Notes: generated from the sequence alone by a model not told the origin. 64,000 nt of DNA from an uncultured Candidatus Binatia bacterium (GCA_965213675.1 OZ243916.1:2304001-2368000), one strand, 5' to 3'; counted from the first letter of the stretch, positions 1 through 9,799 are shown. A program made the numbers and translations.

Positions 1-1581
1 ACCATCCCGCCGCTGGTGTGCTCGCTGGTGGCGGTGGTATGGCAGCTCGGCACGGTCACCGCCCTGGGTTTCGGCATCGATCCCATGTCCATCCTGGTGC
101 CGTTCCTGGTATTCGCGGTGGGGGTCAGCCACGGCGTGCAGATGGTGAGCGCGGTGCGCGCCGAGGTGGTGGCCGGGGCCGCCGGCCTGGACGCGGCGCG
201 GGCGAGTTTCCGGCGTCTGCTGCTGCCCGGCGCGGTGGCGCTGGCGTCGGACTCCGTGGGTTTCATCAGCATCTCGTTCATCGAGGTGCAGGTCATCCGG
301 GAGACGGCCATCACCGCCAGCCTCGGCATCGTGGCCATCATTCTTACCAACCTGGCGCTGCTGCCGGTGCTGCTCTCATATTTCCGCATGAGCGAAGCCG
401 AGCGGCGGGCCGCGGCCGGGCGCGACAGCGTTCTGCGGCCGCTATGGTCCCGCGTGGCGCGGTTGGCGCACCGGGGTCCCGCGGCCGTGACCGTGGGCCT
501 TGCCGCGGCGCTGGTGACCGTGGGGGCCTTATACGCGGTCCAGGTCCAGGTGGGCGACAGCCACCAGGGCGTGCCCGAACTGCGCGCCGAATCCGTGTAC
601 AACCGTGACATCGCCACCATCACCGAACGCTTCAAGATCGGCGTGGACGTGCTCACGGTGTTCGCGGAGACGGTGCCGGACGGGTGCATCGACTACGACG
701 TGCTTGCTACCCTGGACGCGTTCACCTGGCACGTGCGCAACGTGGAGGGAGTCCAATCCGTGATGAGCCTGGCCAGCGTCGCGCGCAACATCAACGCCGG
801 CTGGAACGAGGGCAACCTCAAGTGGCGCACGCTGCCGCGAAACCGCCACAGCCTGGTGCAGTCGGTTGCGCCGGTACCCACCAGCAGCGGCCTCATCAAC
901 AACGATTGCAGCGTGCTCCCGGTGCGCATCTACACCGTCGATCACAAGGCGGAGACCATCCAGCGCGTGGTCGACGCCACCCGGGAGTTCCAGCGCCCGA
1001 ACACCGTGGAACGCATTCGCTTTCATCTGGCGGGGGGCAACGTCGGCGTGATGGCCGCCACCAACGAAGAAGTGGATGCTTCCCAGTTCCCGATCCTGGG
1101 CTACGTCTTCGCCGGGATCATCCTGCTGTGCCTGCTCTCGTTCCGCTCCGTGGCCGCCACGGTGTGCATCATCGTGCCGCTGGCCGCGGTATCCATCCTG
1201 GCCTACGGGCTCATGGCGATCCTGGAGATCGGGCTCAAGATCTCGACCCTGCCGGTGGTCGCCCTGGGGGTGGGAATCGGCGTGGACTACGCCATCTACA
1301 TCTATGGCCGGCTGCGCGCCCATCTGGAAGAAGGGCTGGACTTCGCCGACGCCTACGAACGCACCCTCAACATCACCGGCGCCGGCGTGGTGCTCACCGG
1401 ACTCACCCTGGCCGCGGGCGTGGCCACCTGGATCGTCGCCCCGCTCAAGTTCCAGGCCGACATGGGCACGGTGCTGATGTTCATGTTCCTGGTCAACATG
1501 ATCGCCGCCGTGGTGCTGCTGCCGGCCCTCGGCGCGTGGCTCGTGCGCCCGAGGCCGGCGGAACGCGTAAAAGGGACGTAG
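1..1581 (+). CDS. MMPL/RND family transporter (5' truncated by window edge)
   Basis: Reading frame open from the window start; two hydrophobic TM bundles around a periplasmic domain; motifs AVGVSHGVQ and GVGIGVDYAIY typical of MMPL proteins. Confidence 0.85.
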   Translation, partial: TIPPLVCSLVAVVWQLGTVTALGFGIDPMSILVPFLVFAVGVSHGVQMVSAVRAEVVAGAAGLDAARASFRRLLLPGAVALASDSVGFISISFIEVQVIRETAITASLGIVAIILTNLALLPVLLSYFRMSEAERRAAAGRDSVLRPLWSRVARLAHRGPAAVTVGLAAALVTVGALYAVQVQVGDSHQGVPELRAESVYNRDIATITERFKIGVDVLTVFAETVPDGCIDYDVLATLDAFTWHVRNVEGVQSVMSLASVARNINAGWNEGNLKWRTLPRNRHSLVQSVAPVPTSSGLINNDCSVLPVRIYTVDHKAETIQRVVDATREFQRPNTVERIRFHLAGGNVGVMAATNEEVDASQFPILGYVFAGIILLCLLSFRSVAATVCIIVPLAAVSILAYGLMAILEIGLKISTLPVVALGVGIGVDYAIYIYGRLRAHLEEGLDFADAYERTLNITGAGVVLTGLTLAAGVATWIVAPLKFQADMGTVLMFMFLVNMIAAVVLLPALGAWLVRPRPAERVKGT

Positions 1582-1604
1582 GGGCGCGTCTGAAACCCTC
1601 CCAT
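1578..1604 (+). repeat. Degenerate GTAG-type REP palindrome
   Basis: GTAGGGGCGCGTCTGAAACCCTCCC overlaps the MMPL stop; related degenerate copies at ~10050-10107 and 27410-27435. Confidence 0.45.
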
Positions 1605-1772
1605 CATTCAACCGCGGCCATTCAAGCCTACGCCGCACCGGCGAAAACCCAACCTCTCATAAAAGAGTGGCGGCCATGGGCATGAAGCCATACAATAGAA
1701 GCCGGATCTCATGGAGGTAGAAGGAAAAGATTTCCGGAAGCCGCAGGAGTCGGCATCGAAAGCGCACAGAAC

Positions 1773-4091
1773 ATGACTTCCAAGTCGAAGCCCGGTTTTT
1801 TCGATCTGATAGTGGATCGATACTTCTGGACGATAGCCGTCACTTTCCTGTTGACCGCCGTGCTCGCCACGGGAGTACAGCACCTCATTACCGTCAATGT
1901 AGGCATCCGAAATCACTTCGATGACAATGACCCGCATTTGATCAACCTCGACGATTTCGAAACGACCTACGCAGTGTCGGACAGCGTCCTCGTCATTGTC
2001 GCCCCGCCGAACGACACCGTTTTCACGCGCAAAGCACTCGTTGCGATTGAGCAACTGACGGACGTGTTGTGGCAAACGCCTTATTCTGTCCGTGTCGATT
2101 CGATAACCAATTACCTGCACACCGAGGGAATCGAGGACACCCTGATTGTCGAGCAACTGGTCGACGACGCGGCTTCGCTGGGCGACGTCAACCTCGCCCG
2201 CATTCGAGACATCGCCCTCACCGCACAGGAAACGGCCGGCCGTTTCGTCTCTCGCGACGGTCGTGTGGCCGGCCTGATCGTGAGCCTGGCCATCCCCGCT
2301 GAACAACGCAAACAGCGCAAAATCGAAGTGGTCGACGGTCTCTACGGTCTGGTCAACAAACAGCGCGCGGCCAACCCCGACATCGAATATCACATCTATG
2401 GTGAACTGTTGTTGAATCGGGCGGTTCGCGACGCGCTGACAGACGATATGTCCTTTTTGGCGCCAATCGCGCTTGCGATGATGGTTCTGGTCGCGATGCT
2501 GTTGTTGCGTTCGGTTTGGAGCGTTTGCGGGATTTTTGCGATGATAATTGCGGTGATGGCATCGAGTTTCGGCCTAACCGGCTGGTTCGGTTTGAAATTC
2601 TATGCGGAAAGCGGCGCCGCGGTATTCGTTCTGATGGCGATTGCCATCGCACACTCCGTCCACCTGATCGAAGGAGTGACCGTTGGAATGCTTCGTGGAA
2701 TGGAACGTAAAGCCGCCGTTGTTCACTCCCTGACAATCAATGCCCATCCGATCTTCCTTACTTCGCTCACCACCATGATCGGTTTTCTGAGCCTGAATTT
2801 TTCGGAAATGCCGCCGTTTCGAGTGATGGGTAATATCGTTGCGTTCGGCGCCATGTGCGCCTTCGTCTACGCGGTCACGCTTTTGCCCGCATTGTTGGCG
2901 ATGATGCCCATCCGGGCACCCGCCGAAACGAGACACGGAACGACACCTTTCAAGCGTTTGGGAGATTTCGTCGTTTCCAAAAGCATTTTCTTGCTATGGA
3001 CTTTCGTCATCCTCGTTCTGGTGAGCGCATATGGCATCTCGCGAATCAGCCTGAATGACAACAACAACGCCAAGCTCCTTAACGAAAGCTACGACTTGCG
3101 CCGATCGGGTGATTTCATCAACGAGCACTTTGCCGGGCTGGATTCCTTTGAGTATTCACTGAATTCCGGGCGCGCGGGGGGAATCACCGACATTGAGTAC
3201 CTGCGTCGGGTGGATTCGTTCGCCAACTGGCTTCGCGAACAGCCTGAAGTTTCTCACGTCACCTCGATTGCCGATATCATGAAGCGGATTAATCAAAATC
3301 TTCATAATGACGCAAAAGGCACCTATGCCCTCCCGGCAAACTCCGACCTTGCGGCGCAATACCTGCTTTTATACCAGTTCTCCCTACCGGTCGGCCGCGA
3401 CATAGACAATCTCATCAACTTTGAGCGGTCGGCGACCCGGATGACCGTCGTGATCGGGGGAATGTCGGTCAAAAAGCAAATCGAGCTGGACAATCGCGCT
3501 TCTGCCTGGCTGGGACACAATGCTCCGCAAATGCGGACCGGAGCGACCGGCGTCGCCATTGTGGGCGCTTACTCGGTGATGAGAAACATCGTGAACATGT
3601 TACTCGGCACCTTCATCGCGATCTCGACCGTGTCGCTGCTGTTGATCCTTGCATTCAAAAGCCTTCGCTTGGGGCTTCTAAGCCTGATACCCAATTTCGT
3701 GCCGGCAATCATATCCTTGGGGGCATGGGGTTACGCTGTGGGAACCGTGAATATTGCGGCGTCAATCGTTACCGCGATAGCGTTTGCCATCGTTGTGGAC
3801 GATACCATCCATCTCCTGTCGAAATACCTGACTTCACGCGCAGAGGGCAAATCACCTTCCGAAGCCATCCCGCCGACTTTCGAGCTCGTGGGACAACCGC
3901 TGCTGAGCACCACGTTGATTTTTGCGGTGGCATTTTTCGTCTTTGGCGCATCGGGGCTAGTGACCAATCAGACGCTCGGTTTGCTGGTCGGAATGACGGT
4001 CATCATTGCGCTCGTTGCGGACCTCTTTTTGTTACCGCCGCTTCTGCTGGCCCTCGACAGGACGAAACACCGGCAAACGCTCGACGACTAG
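1773..4091 (+). CDS. MMPL/RND family lipid transporter (candidate sterol/triterpenoid transporter)
   Basis: 772 aa, duplicated MMPL architecture, AIVVDDTIH motif in second half, LAAQYLLLY periplasmic motif; codon usage more A/T-rich than the flanking genes. Confidence 0.85.
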   Translation: MTSKSKPGFFDLIVDRYFWTIAVTFLLTAVLATGVQHLITVNVGIRNHFDDNDPHLINLDDFETTYAVSDSVLVIVAPPNDTVFTRKALVAIEQLTDVLWQTPYSVRVDSITNYLHTEGIEDTLIVEQLVDDAASLGDVNLARIRDIALTAQETAGRFVSRDGRVAGLIVSLAIPAEQRKQRKIEVVDGLYGLVNKQRAANPDIEYHIYGELLLNRAVRDALTDDMSFLAPIALAMMVLVAMLLLRSVWSVCGIFAMIIAVMASSFGLTGWFGLKFYAESGAAVFVLMAIAIAHSVHLIEGVTVGMLRGMERKAAVVHSLTINAHPIFLTSLTTMIGFLSLNFSEMPPFRVMGNIVAFGAMCAFVYAVTLLPALLAMMPIRAPAETRHGTTPFKRLGDFVVSKSIFLLWTFVILVLVSAYGISRISLNDNNNAKLLNESYDLRRSGDFINEHFAGLDSFEYSLNSGRAGGITDIEYLRRVDSFANWLREQPEVSHVTSIADIMKRINQNLHNDAKGTYALPANSDLAAQYLLLYQFSLPVGRDIDNLINFERSATRMTVVIGGMSVKKQIELDNRASAWLGHNAPQMRTGATGVAIVGAYSVMRNIVNMLLGTFIAISTVSLLLILAFKSLRLGLLSLIPNFVPAIISLGAWGYAVGTVNIAASIVTAIAFAIVVDDTIHLLSKYLTSRAEGKSPSEAIPPTFELVGQPLLSTTLIFAVAFFVFGASGLVTNQTLGLLVGMTVIIALVADLFLLPPLLLALDRTKHRQTLDD

Positions 4092-4259
4092 CTTTCGGGA
4101 CGTCTCGTGATGGCCGAAACCATGAGGTCCTGGACGCGCCGATGACCCCGGTTCCGCCGGCGTCTCGCGAGCAAACTTCCGCCCGTCCGCGTCCACGTTC
4201 GCGCCATGCCGTCATTCTCGACAGCGTCCGTATCGCCGGTCACGAGCGCAGGAGCACCT

Positions 4260-6290
4260 TCAGGCCGAAATGTCGCGCAACTGGCTTGCGATGCGCAGCC
4301 GAAGTTTCTTCGTAACCGACAATGCCGGGAATGGGTTGATTTTCAGTTTATAGTCTTTGGGCGGCGGCGCAAAGTCGAAATGGTGCGCTATAACCAACAC
4401 GGTAACCGTCGCCTGCAAATGCATCCATGCCCATCCCGCGCACGAGTGGGTATCCAAGCCGTTCGGAGCGTATCCAGGACCTTGATGCTCATTGCGCGGC
4501 GGCAGGTAACGGTCTATATCGAAGTCGTAGGGGTCTGCGAAGCAATCACTCATGTAGTGGGCCGCGGTTTGCACAATGTACAACCGTTCCCGGAGCGGCA
4601 GTGAATAATTTTCCACCACGCAAGAATTTGCGACATCGCGAAGATGTGTGCTGATAATCGGATACATTCGCAAGCATTCCATGAGAAAGCGCCTGGTAAC
4701 GTCATATTTGTCCGGCGTAAACGCTTCTTTATTCGGATCGCCGCCATCGAACAGCGCGTTTGCCTCTTCACGAATTCTCGCCGCAATATCCGGGTGCCTG
4801 GCCAACTCATAAAGTGCGAAACCCAACATGTCCCCTAGATAAATACTTTGAAACACGGGCGTTACCGCCATCATGAACATCAGGTTTTGCTCCGGGATAA
4901 ACTGCGGATCGCTGGTGTGCAAAGAAATCAGCTCGTCCGCCAGCTCCCGGGCAGCGCCTGCACGGTGAATGGGAATGTGGTTCTGTTCGATGCGCCGCAG
5001 GAGTTTCTCGTAAAGCTGGAAGCGATACTTCATGCCGGGAGTGCGCGTCAGGAATTTCGGGAGAAAATCCGCAACGTAGCAAAGGATTGCTTTTTCATTC
5101 CATTTGACCAGGTCTTCAAATACATCTTGCGAATTCGTACTAATAAGAACCTGAGACATTTGAAAATTGGTCATCGACCGGGTATCGCGCTGTACTTCCA
5201 GTGTCGAGCCGGCCTGCCACTTTTGAGTTATCATGAATTGGCGGCTCAGTCGGAACATGTCATCCAGCCGCTCGTGGAAACTGGCCTTCGAGTAAATTTT
5301 CCCCATCAGCTTGCGCAATCGAAAATGATCAGCTCCGTCCGTCGACGGCAGTAAATTGTTTGCGCCGCAAACCGTCTCCATCTTGCGAAAAAAATTGCCG
5401 GAAGTCAAAAACCTTCGGGAATTTCGACGCATCCAATGATTGATGTCAGGTCCTGCCAAAAATGTTCGCGGTCTTTGAAACGGCGGACAGATTTGAAAGA
5501 CGGGACCATATCGGGCGGCCAGATTCCCGAACAGGGCTGGCAGGTTGCCGTCCCACAAATGCCGATTTGCGAACAAGCTCCTTAGGGGAATCTTCGGAAT
5601 TGGTTTTGTGAGGGGTGAGTGTTGCAATACAGGCGTAATGGCGACCTGCTTGACAGCAGTGGAGATGACCCGGTTGATCAGTTCCGTTTTACAAACCTGG
5701 TCAATTCGCTTTTTCTCGTCCTCGCCCAGCTCGAAAATGAATTTGATGATATCGCACGCGCTCAAAAGACCGATTATCAGGGAATCCCTCGGGTCTGGAA
5801 TGATATCCGTGAAAATTACCTTCGCGATTCGCGATTTGATGTACTTTCCAACGGTCTCGCTTTGAGGATATCGTTCCAATTCCGCATGCCAGGCGCAGTG
5901 GTTCGTTGTATAAAACTCACCATCATGGCGCGTCAGAATTTCGGAGTTGATCAACTGCTTCAATGTAGCATCGATGATGTCTTCCGAATGAACTGCAAGC
6001 CGCTCAATCCAGTATCGCGGTTCTTCCAGATTGGGATGAGATGCGAACTCTTCCAGACATAAATCCAGTGCCGGGTCGCCTGTTTTGGTCGAGTCCAGGA
6101 GAAAGAGCGATTCTTCGTCGGTATCAATGCGTGATTTCAGGGAGAGATCGGCCAGAACTGCGCCGATGGTGGCGCAGTTCAACGTCCAGCCCTCCACTTG
6201 GTGGAAATAACCGTTCTGCTCGTTGAGAATCGTCAGGATGAATTCTTGCGGGATATTCAACGATTGCTTCGTTATCATGTTACACGCCAT
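4260..6290 (-). CDS. GPP34/GOLPH3(Vps74)-like domain fused to cytochrome P450
   Basis: N-terminal ~220 aa has the GPP34 pattern (EFILTILN..G..GAVLADLSLKSRID..TGDPALD..WIERL); C-terminal P450 has ExxR (ECLR), DPYDFDIDRY and heme Cys in THSCAG; start ATG at 6290 or 6278 after GAGGA. Confidence 0.82.
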   Translation of the reverse strand: MACNMITKQSLNIPQEFILTILNEQNGYFHQVEGWTLNCATIGAVLADLSLKSRIDTDEESLFLLDSTKTGDPALDLCLEEFASHPNLEEPRYWIERLAVHSEDIIDATLKQLINSEILTRHDGEFYTTNHCAWHAELERYPQSETVGKYIKSRIAKVIFTDIIPDPRDSLIIGLLSACDIIKFIFELGEDEKKRIDQVCKTELINRVISTAVKQVAITPVLQHSPLTKPIPKIPLRSLFANRHLWDGNLPALFGNLAARYGPVFQICPPFQRPRTFLAGPDINHWMRRNSRRFLTSGNFFRKMETVCGANNLLPSTDGADHFRLRKLMGKIYSKASFHERLDDMFRLSRQFMITQKWQAGSTLEVQRDTRSMTNFQMSQVLISTNSQDVFEDLVKWNEKAILCYVADFLPKFLTRTPGMKYRFQLYEKLLRRIEQNHIPIHRAGAARELADELISLHTSDPQFIPEQNLMFMMAVTPVFQSIYLGDMLGFALYELARHPDIAARIREEANALFDGGDPNKEAFTPDKYDVTRRFLMECLRMYPIISTHLRDVANSCVVENYSLPLRERLYIVQTAAHYMSDCFADPYDFDIDRYLPPRNEHQGPGYAPNGLDTHSCAGWAWMHLQATVTVLVIAHHFDFAPPPKDYKLKINPFPALSVTKKLRLRIASQLRDISA

Positions 6291-6358
6291 TCCTCGTGAT
6301 TTGATTCTTTCTCGTGATGCCGATGCCTGCGGCTTCCGGTCCCCTTTTTTCCATCCCT

Positions 6359-9300
6359 CTACGAGATCTTCTTTGCCGTTCCGGTTCCGCCGTCCGGCGT
6401 CATGTCCACAGCCGCCACTCTTCCAGCCATGACGCGTTGACTTCTCGCCGGTAATATCATGTTCATTCGTTGGTTCCGGCGACGCTGCTCGTAGAGGGCA
6501 AGCGCGTGCAGGGGGAAATACTGGCGGTAGAGCACGTAATCCAGGAGGGCCGTTCGAAAAAAAACGCCGGCCATGTCCTGCTTGGGCCAAGTCCCGTCTG
6601 CTTCCTGCGTATCAAGCAGGAAGCCGGCACCCCGGGAAATCGCGGCCCAGTCTGTTGTGCCCGCCTCGAGGAGCGCTATCAGCGCCCACGCGGTCTGTAT
6701 GACCTGGCTTTCCTGATGCGGGACGTAGCGACCGGTCAGGCAGCCGCTGTGGTGTTCGCCCCATCCCCCGTCTGGCTGCTGGCGCTCCAGCAGCCAGCGG
6801 CAAGACGCGCGCAGCGCCGGATCGCTTGGACCGGCCCGGTCCGAAACAAGGCCCCTGATGCCGAAAAGGGTGCCGTAGATGTACTGTACCCCCCATACGC
6901 CGCGCCAACTGCCGTCAGCCATCTGGTGCCGTCGCAACCACAAGACGCCCCGGGCGATGGAGTCGGCAACCACCGACCTGTCGCCAATTTCGGGAAATCG
7001 ATCCCGGCAGACAGCCAGCGCCGCGATACAAGACGCGGTACACTCGACAAAAGAACGCTCGGTCATCGATTCGCCGAACATCTCTGCAGGATTCAAACGC
7101 TCCAGATCAATTGCCGAGCGCCTGGCCTCATAACTGCCGAAGCCCCCGTCGGGGTTCTGGCTTCGCAACATAAAGCCAATCGCTTCGCTGAGGACGGACG
7201 GGTCCGTGTCGTCTCCGTGGGCGGCGACGAGTCCGAGCACCGCCTCCGCCGTGCAGTCACTCACCGGCCAGCCATGCCACCCGCCGGCGAAGCACCAGCC
7301 GCCTTTGGGGTCAGCGCGGTAGGCTTCACGAAACCGCTCAAAGCTGGTCTTGATCTGTTCGCCGAGCAGAAAATCGGCGCCGCGCCGGAGCGCATCCCGA
7401 ACACGGTCCGTCTCAGGCATGGTAGCCAGAGCCTGCAGCGCGAACCCGGTATCCCACGAAGCGCTTCTTGCTCCGCTGACCCGCAAGCCGTCGTCTTCGT
7501 CTTCCCATATCCAGGAACCCATTTTCGATAGCGCCCGTCGGCAATCGGTATCGTCCGGATCGTGCAGCCACAGCGCCAGAATGTTGAGAATGCCGCTGAC
7601 CGGAGAGATGCTCGTATGGCCGGTGGTCTGCAGTTCCCATCTGATCTGCCCGAGAATTGTATCCATGCACCGTGTGCGCAGGTGTTTGCTGTGGAACCGC
7701 TCGACCAGCCGTGCAAATCCATATCCGAGCCTGAGCCAGACGGACGGCCTTGCAAAAAGATCGGCGTCCCGAAGCCGGTTCCTGGCGGCGAGAAAGTCGG
7801 CCCTGGCAAAACCTTGCGGATAAAGCTCTTCCCGCAACGCGGCGATAACTGGTGTGACGGGCGCCTGGAACCGGCGGGCATAAATCGACGCCATCGCCAT
7901 ATAGATGAGCCGTGTATGGCAGTACCAGTTGGAAGGATGCAGCGGTATCTTCCGCGGCAGGCTCCACAATTCCGGCAGAACAGCGTTCACGCCGTTCCAA
8001 TCATAAAGATTAAGGAGCGCCAGCCATAATTTTCCCCAGCTCGGAATGCCGAGAATCCCCTCGGCCTGAATGAACCGCCGGGCCGGCGCGATCAGGGGGT
8101 CATCCGGCAATACACCGAGCAGCCGCGCCGCGACATAAACGAGGGCGGTGACGAACAGATGGGGCGACGAATGCTCGTGCAGGCCCCATGAACCGTCCTG
8201 GAGACGAGTCCTCTCAAACGAGCGCAGCACCCGGCGCCGCTTTCCCGGATCGAGCGGCTGGCCGATGATGTGGTGGAGCAGTACGTATTGCGCCGTGAGC
8301 ATGGGACACCAGACCATCTCGCCTTCCCAGTCGCCGTCCTCTCTCTGCAGTTGCACGAGGCATTGGGCGGCGCTGTCCAGCGCCGGGCCGGCATCGGGCG
8401 AATCGACCGCTCCCGCGCGGGCGGGCCGCTCCGATTCGGTTTTCGAAGGGATGGAATAGGGGAATGCCCGTCGTAGGTGCTCTCGCGTATTCGCGCTTTC
8501 CTCCCTTCCTTCCCTGGTCGCCGCCCTCAACTGGCGGATGCCGAGCAGCAACCACCAAAGGCGAGCAGCCAACGCGCGAAAGTTCACCAACATCCGACGC
8601 CATGAAAGCCTGCGGATGGAGAAGGTTATCTCCCGGCTCATTGCCCGCGCGACAGTTTCGCAAAAGGAGAAAACCGTCATTGACATGGACAAGTCTTCGC
8701 AGGCAAGTATCCGCATGGTCCGGTCCCGATACCCCGAATTCGCTCGCCAGCCTTGGTAAACGGCCTTTCTGAGCATAGCCGATTCGGTGCGGTAATCGCC
8801 CAACACCTCATAAAGCCCCATGGCAAGGAACTCGGGAACACGGGTCGCCTGGAACCGCTCTGCGGTGAATTGCTGGAAGTCCTCGCTTTCGGAGAGCGCC
8901 AGCGCATCGCCGAAGCCGAGAGTCATGCCGACTGCCGTCATGGGATGATAGTGTCCGGCGGCATCGCCGATAAGCACCCGGCGCGGGTTCCCGTACGTGA
9001 CACGCGGTCTCAATTGGTTGGGGGCGGCATGGAATCGCCTGACGTCCAGCGCTTCGACGAAGGCCGGCCCGAGATATCCCGGAAGCAGCTTGCCATAGGA
9101 TTCAGACAAGAAACTTATCCAGTCCTTGGAATGCCAGCAGTCCAATGGGACATCCACGTTGACCCGGACGGAGCCGTTCGCAAGTCCGTAAATGAAAATT
9201 GGACCCGGCCCGCCCAGAACCACATGTCCGTATCCTTCAAACGGCAGGTCGGCGTCGTGTAACGTCACCCCGAGCATCCGCGAACAGAGCATCGGGTCCA

Positions 9301-9799
9301 TGGAATACCCCAAGGATCTGCGCACGATCGAAGCGCGGCCGTCGGCGCCGATAATTCGGTCGACATTTATGGCGCAGTCCGAGCGGTCTTTCGAGAAGGT
9401 GATCCGTTCGTCTTCAACGACATTGACCCGCGCGTGGGAAATGAAATCGACATTGGCCTCGTTCTCTATGACCTCGCGGAGGCTTGAAACGAGCAGCGCG
9501 TGGTCGCATACCAGACCCCGTGAACCGTCTGGATAAGGAAGCAGGATCGGGTCGGAGTCGTCGTCGGGCAGCACCACGAAGCCGACGCCCGACTTGCTGC
9601 CGGAAAGCGTGTCGACATCAATCCCGATGTCACGCAACAAATTCACTGCCGGCGGATGCAACCATTCGCCTGCAAGGCGTTTAGACGCTTTCGGATTCGC
9701 TTCGAGCAGGGCCACCTTAACGCCCTTGCGCGCAAGGACAATTGCGCACACGCTTCCCACCGGTCCCGCGCCGACAATGGCGGTATCATACTTCGGCAC
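6359..9799 (-). CDS. Fused squalene monooxygenase (epoxidase) - oxidosqualene cyclase
   Basis: N-terminal FAD domain has GAGPVG, RLAGEWLHP, GADG and GDAAGHYHPMTAVGMT (squalene-epoxidase-like); C-terminal domain has QW repeats (QREDGDW, QMADGSW, QQPDGGW, QEADGTW), IPSWGKLWL, WYCHTR and catalytic VSDCTAE; single uninterrupted frame; GTG start at 9799 after GAGGAG. Confidence 0.92.
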   Translation of the reverse strand: MPKYDTAIVGAGPVGSVCAIVLARKGVKVALLEANPKASKRLAGEWLHPPAVNLLRDIGIDVDTLSGSKSGVGFVVLPDDDSDPILLPYPDGSRGLVCDHALLVSSLREVIENEANVDFISHARVNVVEDERITFSKDRSDCAINVDRIIGADGRASIVRRSLGYSMDPMLCSRMLGVTLHDADLPFEGYGHVVLGGPGPIFIYGLANGSVRVNVDVPLDCWHSKDWISFLSESYGKLLPGYLGPAFVEALDVRRFHAAPNQLRPRVTYGNPRRVLIGDAAGHYHPMTAVGMTLGFGDALALSESEDFQQFTAERFQATRVPEFLAMGLYEVLGDYRTESAMLRKAVYQGWRANSGYRDRTMRILACEDLSMSMTVFSFCETVARAMSREITFSIRRLSWRRMLVNFRALAARLWWLLLGIRQLRAATREGREESANTREHLRRAFPYSIPSKTESERPARAGAVDSPDAGPALDSAAQCLVQLQREDGDWEGEMVWCPMLTAQYVLLHHIIGQPLDPGKRRRVLRSFERTRLQDGSWGLHEHSSPHLFVTALVYVAARLLGVLPDDPLIAPARRFIQAEGILGIPSWGKLWLALLNLYDWNGVNAVLPELWSLPRKIPLHPSNWYCHTRLIYMAMASIYARRFQAPVTPVIAALREELYPQGFARADFLAARNRLRDADLFARPSVWLRLGYGFARLVERFHSKHLRTRCMDTILGQIRWELQTTGHTSISPVSGILNILALWLHDPDDTDCRRALSKMGSWIWEDEDDGLRVSGARSASWDTGFALQALATMPETDRVRDALRRGADFLLGEQIKTSFERFREAYRADPKGGWCFAGGWHGWPVSDCTAEAVLGLVAAHGDDTDPSVLSEAIGFMLRSQNPDGGFGSYEARRSAIDLERLNPAEMFGESMTERSFVECTASCIAALAVCRDRFPEIGDRSVVADSIARGVLWLRRHQMADGSWRGVWGVQYIYGTLFGIRGLVSDRAGPSDPALRASCRWLLERQQPDGGWGEHHSGCLTGRYVPHQESQVIQTAWALIALLEAGTTDWAAISRGAGFLLDTQEADGTWPKQDMAGVFFRTALLDYVLYRQYFPLHALALYEQRRRNQRMNMILPARSQRVMAGRVAAVDMTPDGGTGTAKKIS

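Noticed and set aside
1711-1776. 21-codon uORF overlapping the MMPL start (ATGA)
   Set aside because: Too short to support without conservation data; could be chance
6291-6590. 100-aa N-terminal extension of the P450 ORF
   Set aside because: It overlaps the SMO-OSC 3' end in another frame; the RBS and domain start lie at 6290/6278
6359-8400. Squalene-hopene cyclase (hopanoid) call
   Set aside because: The catalytic motif is DCTAE rather than DxDD, and the gene is fused to an epoxidase-like domain
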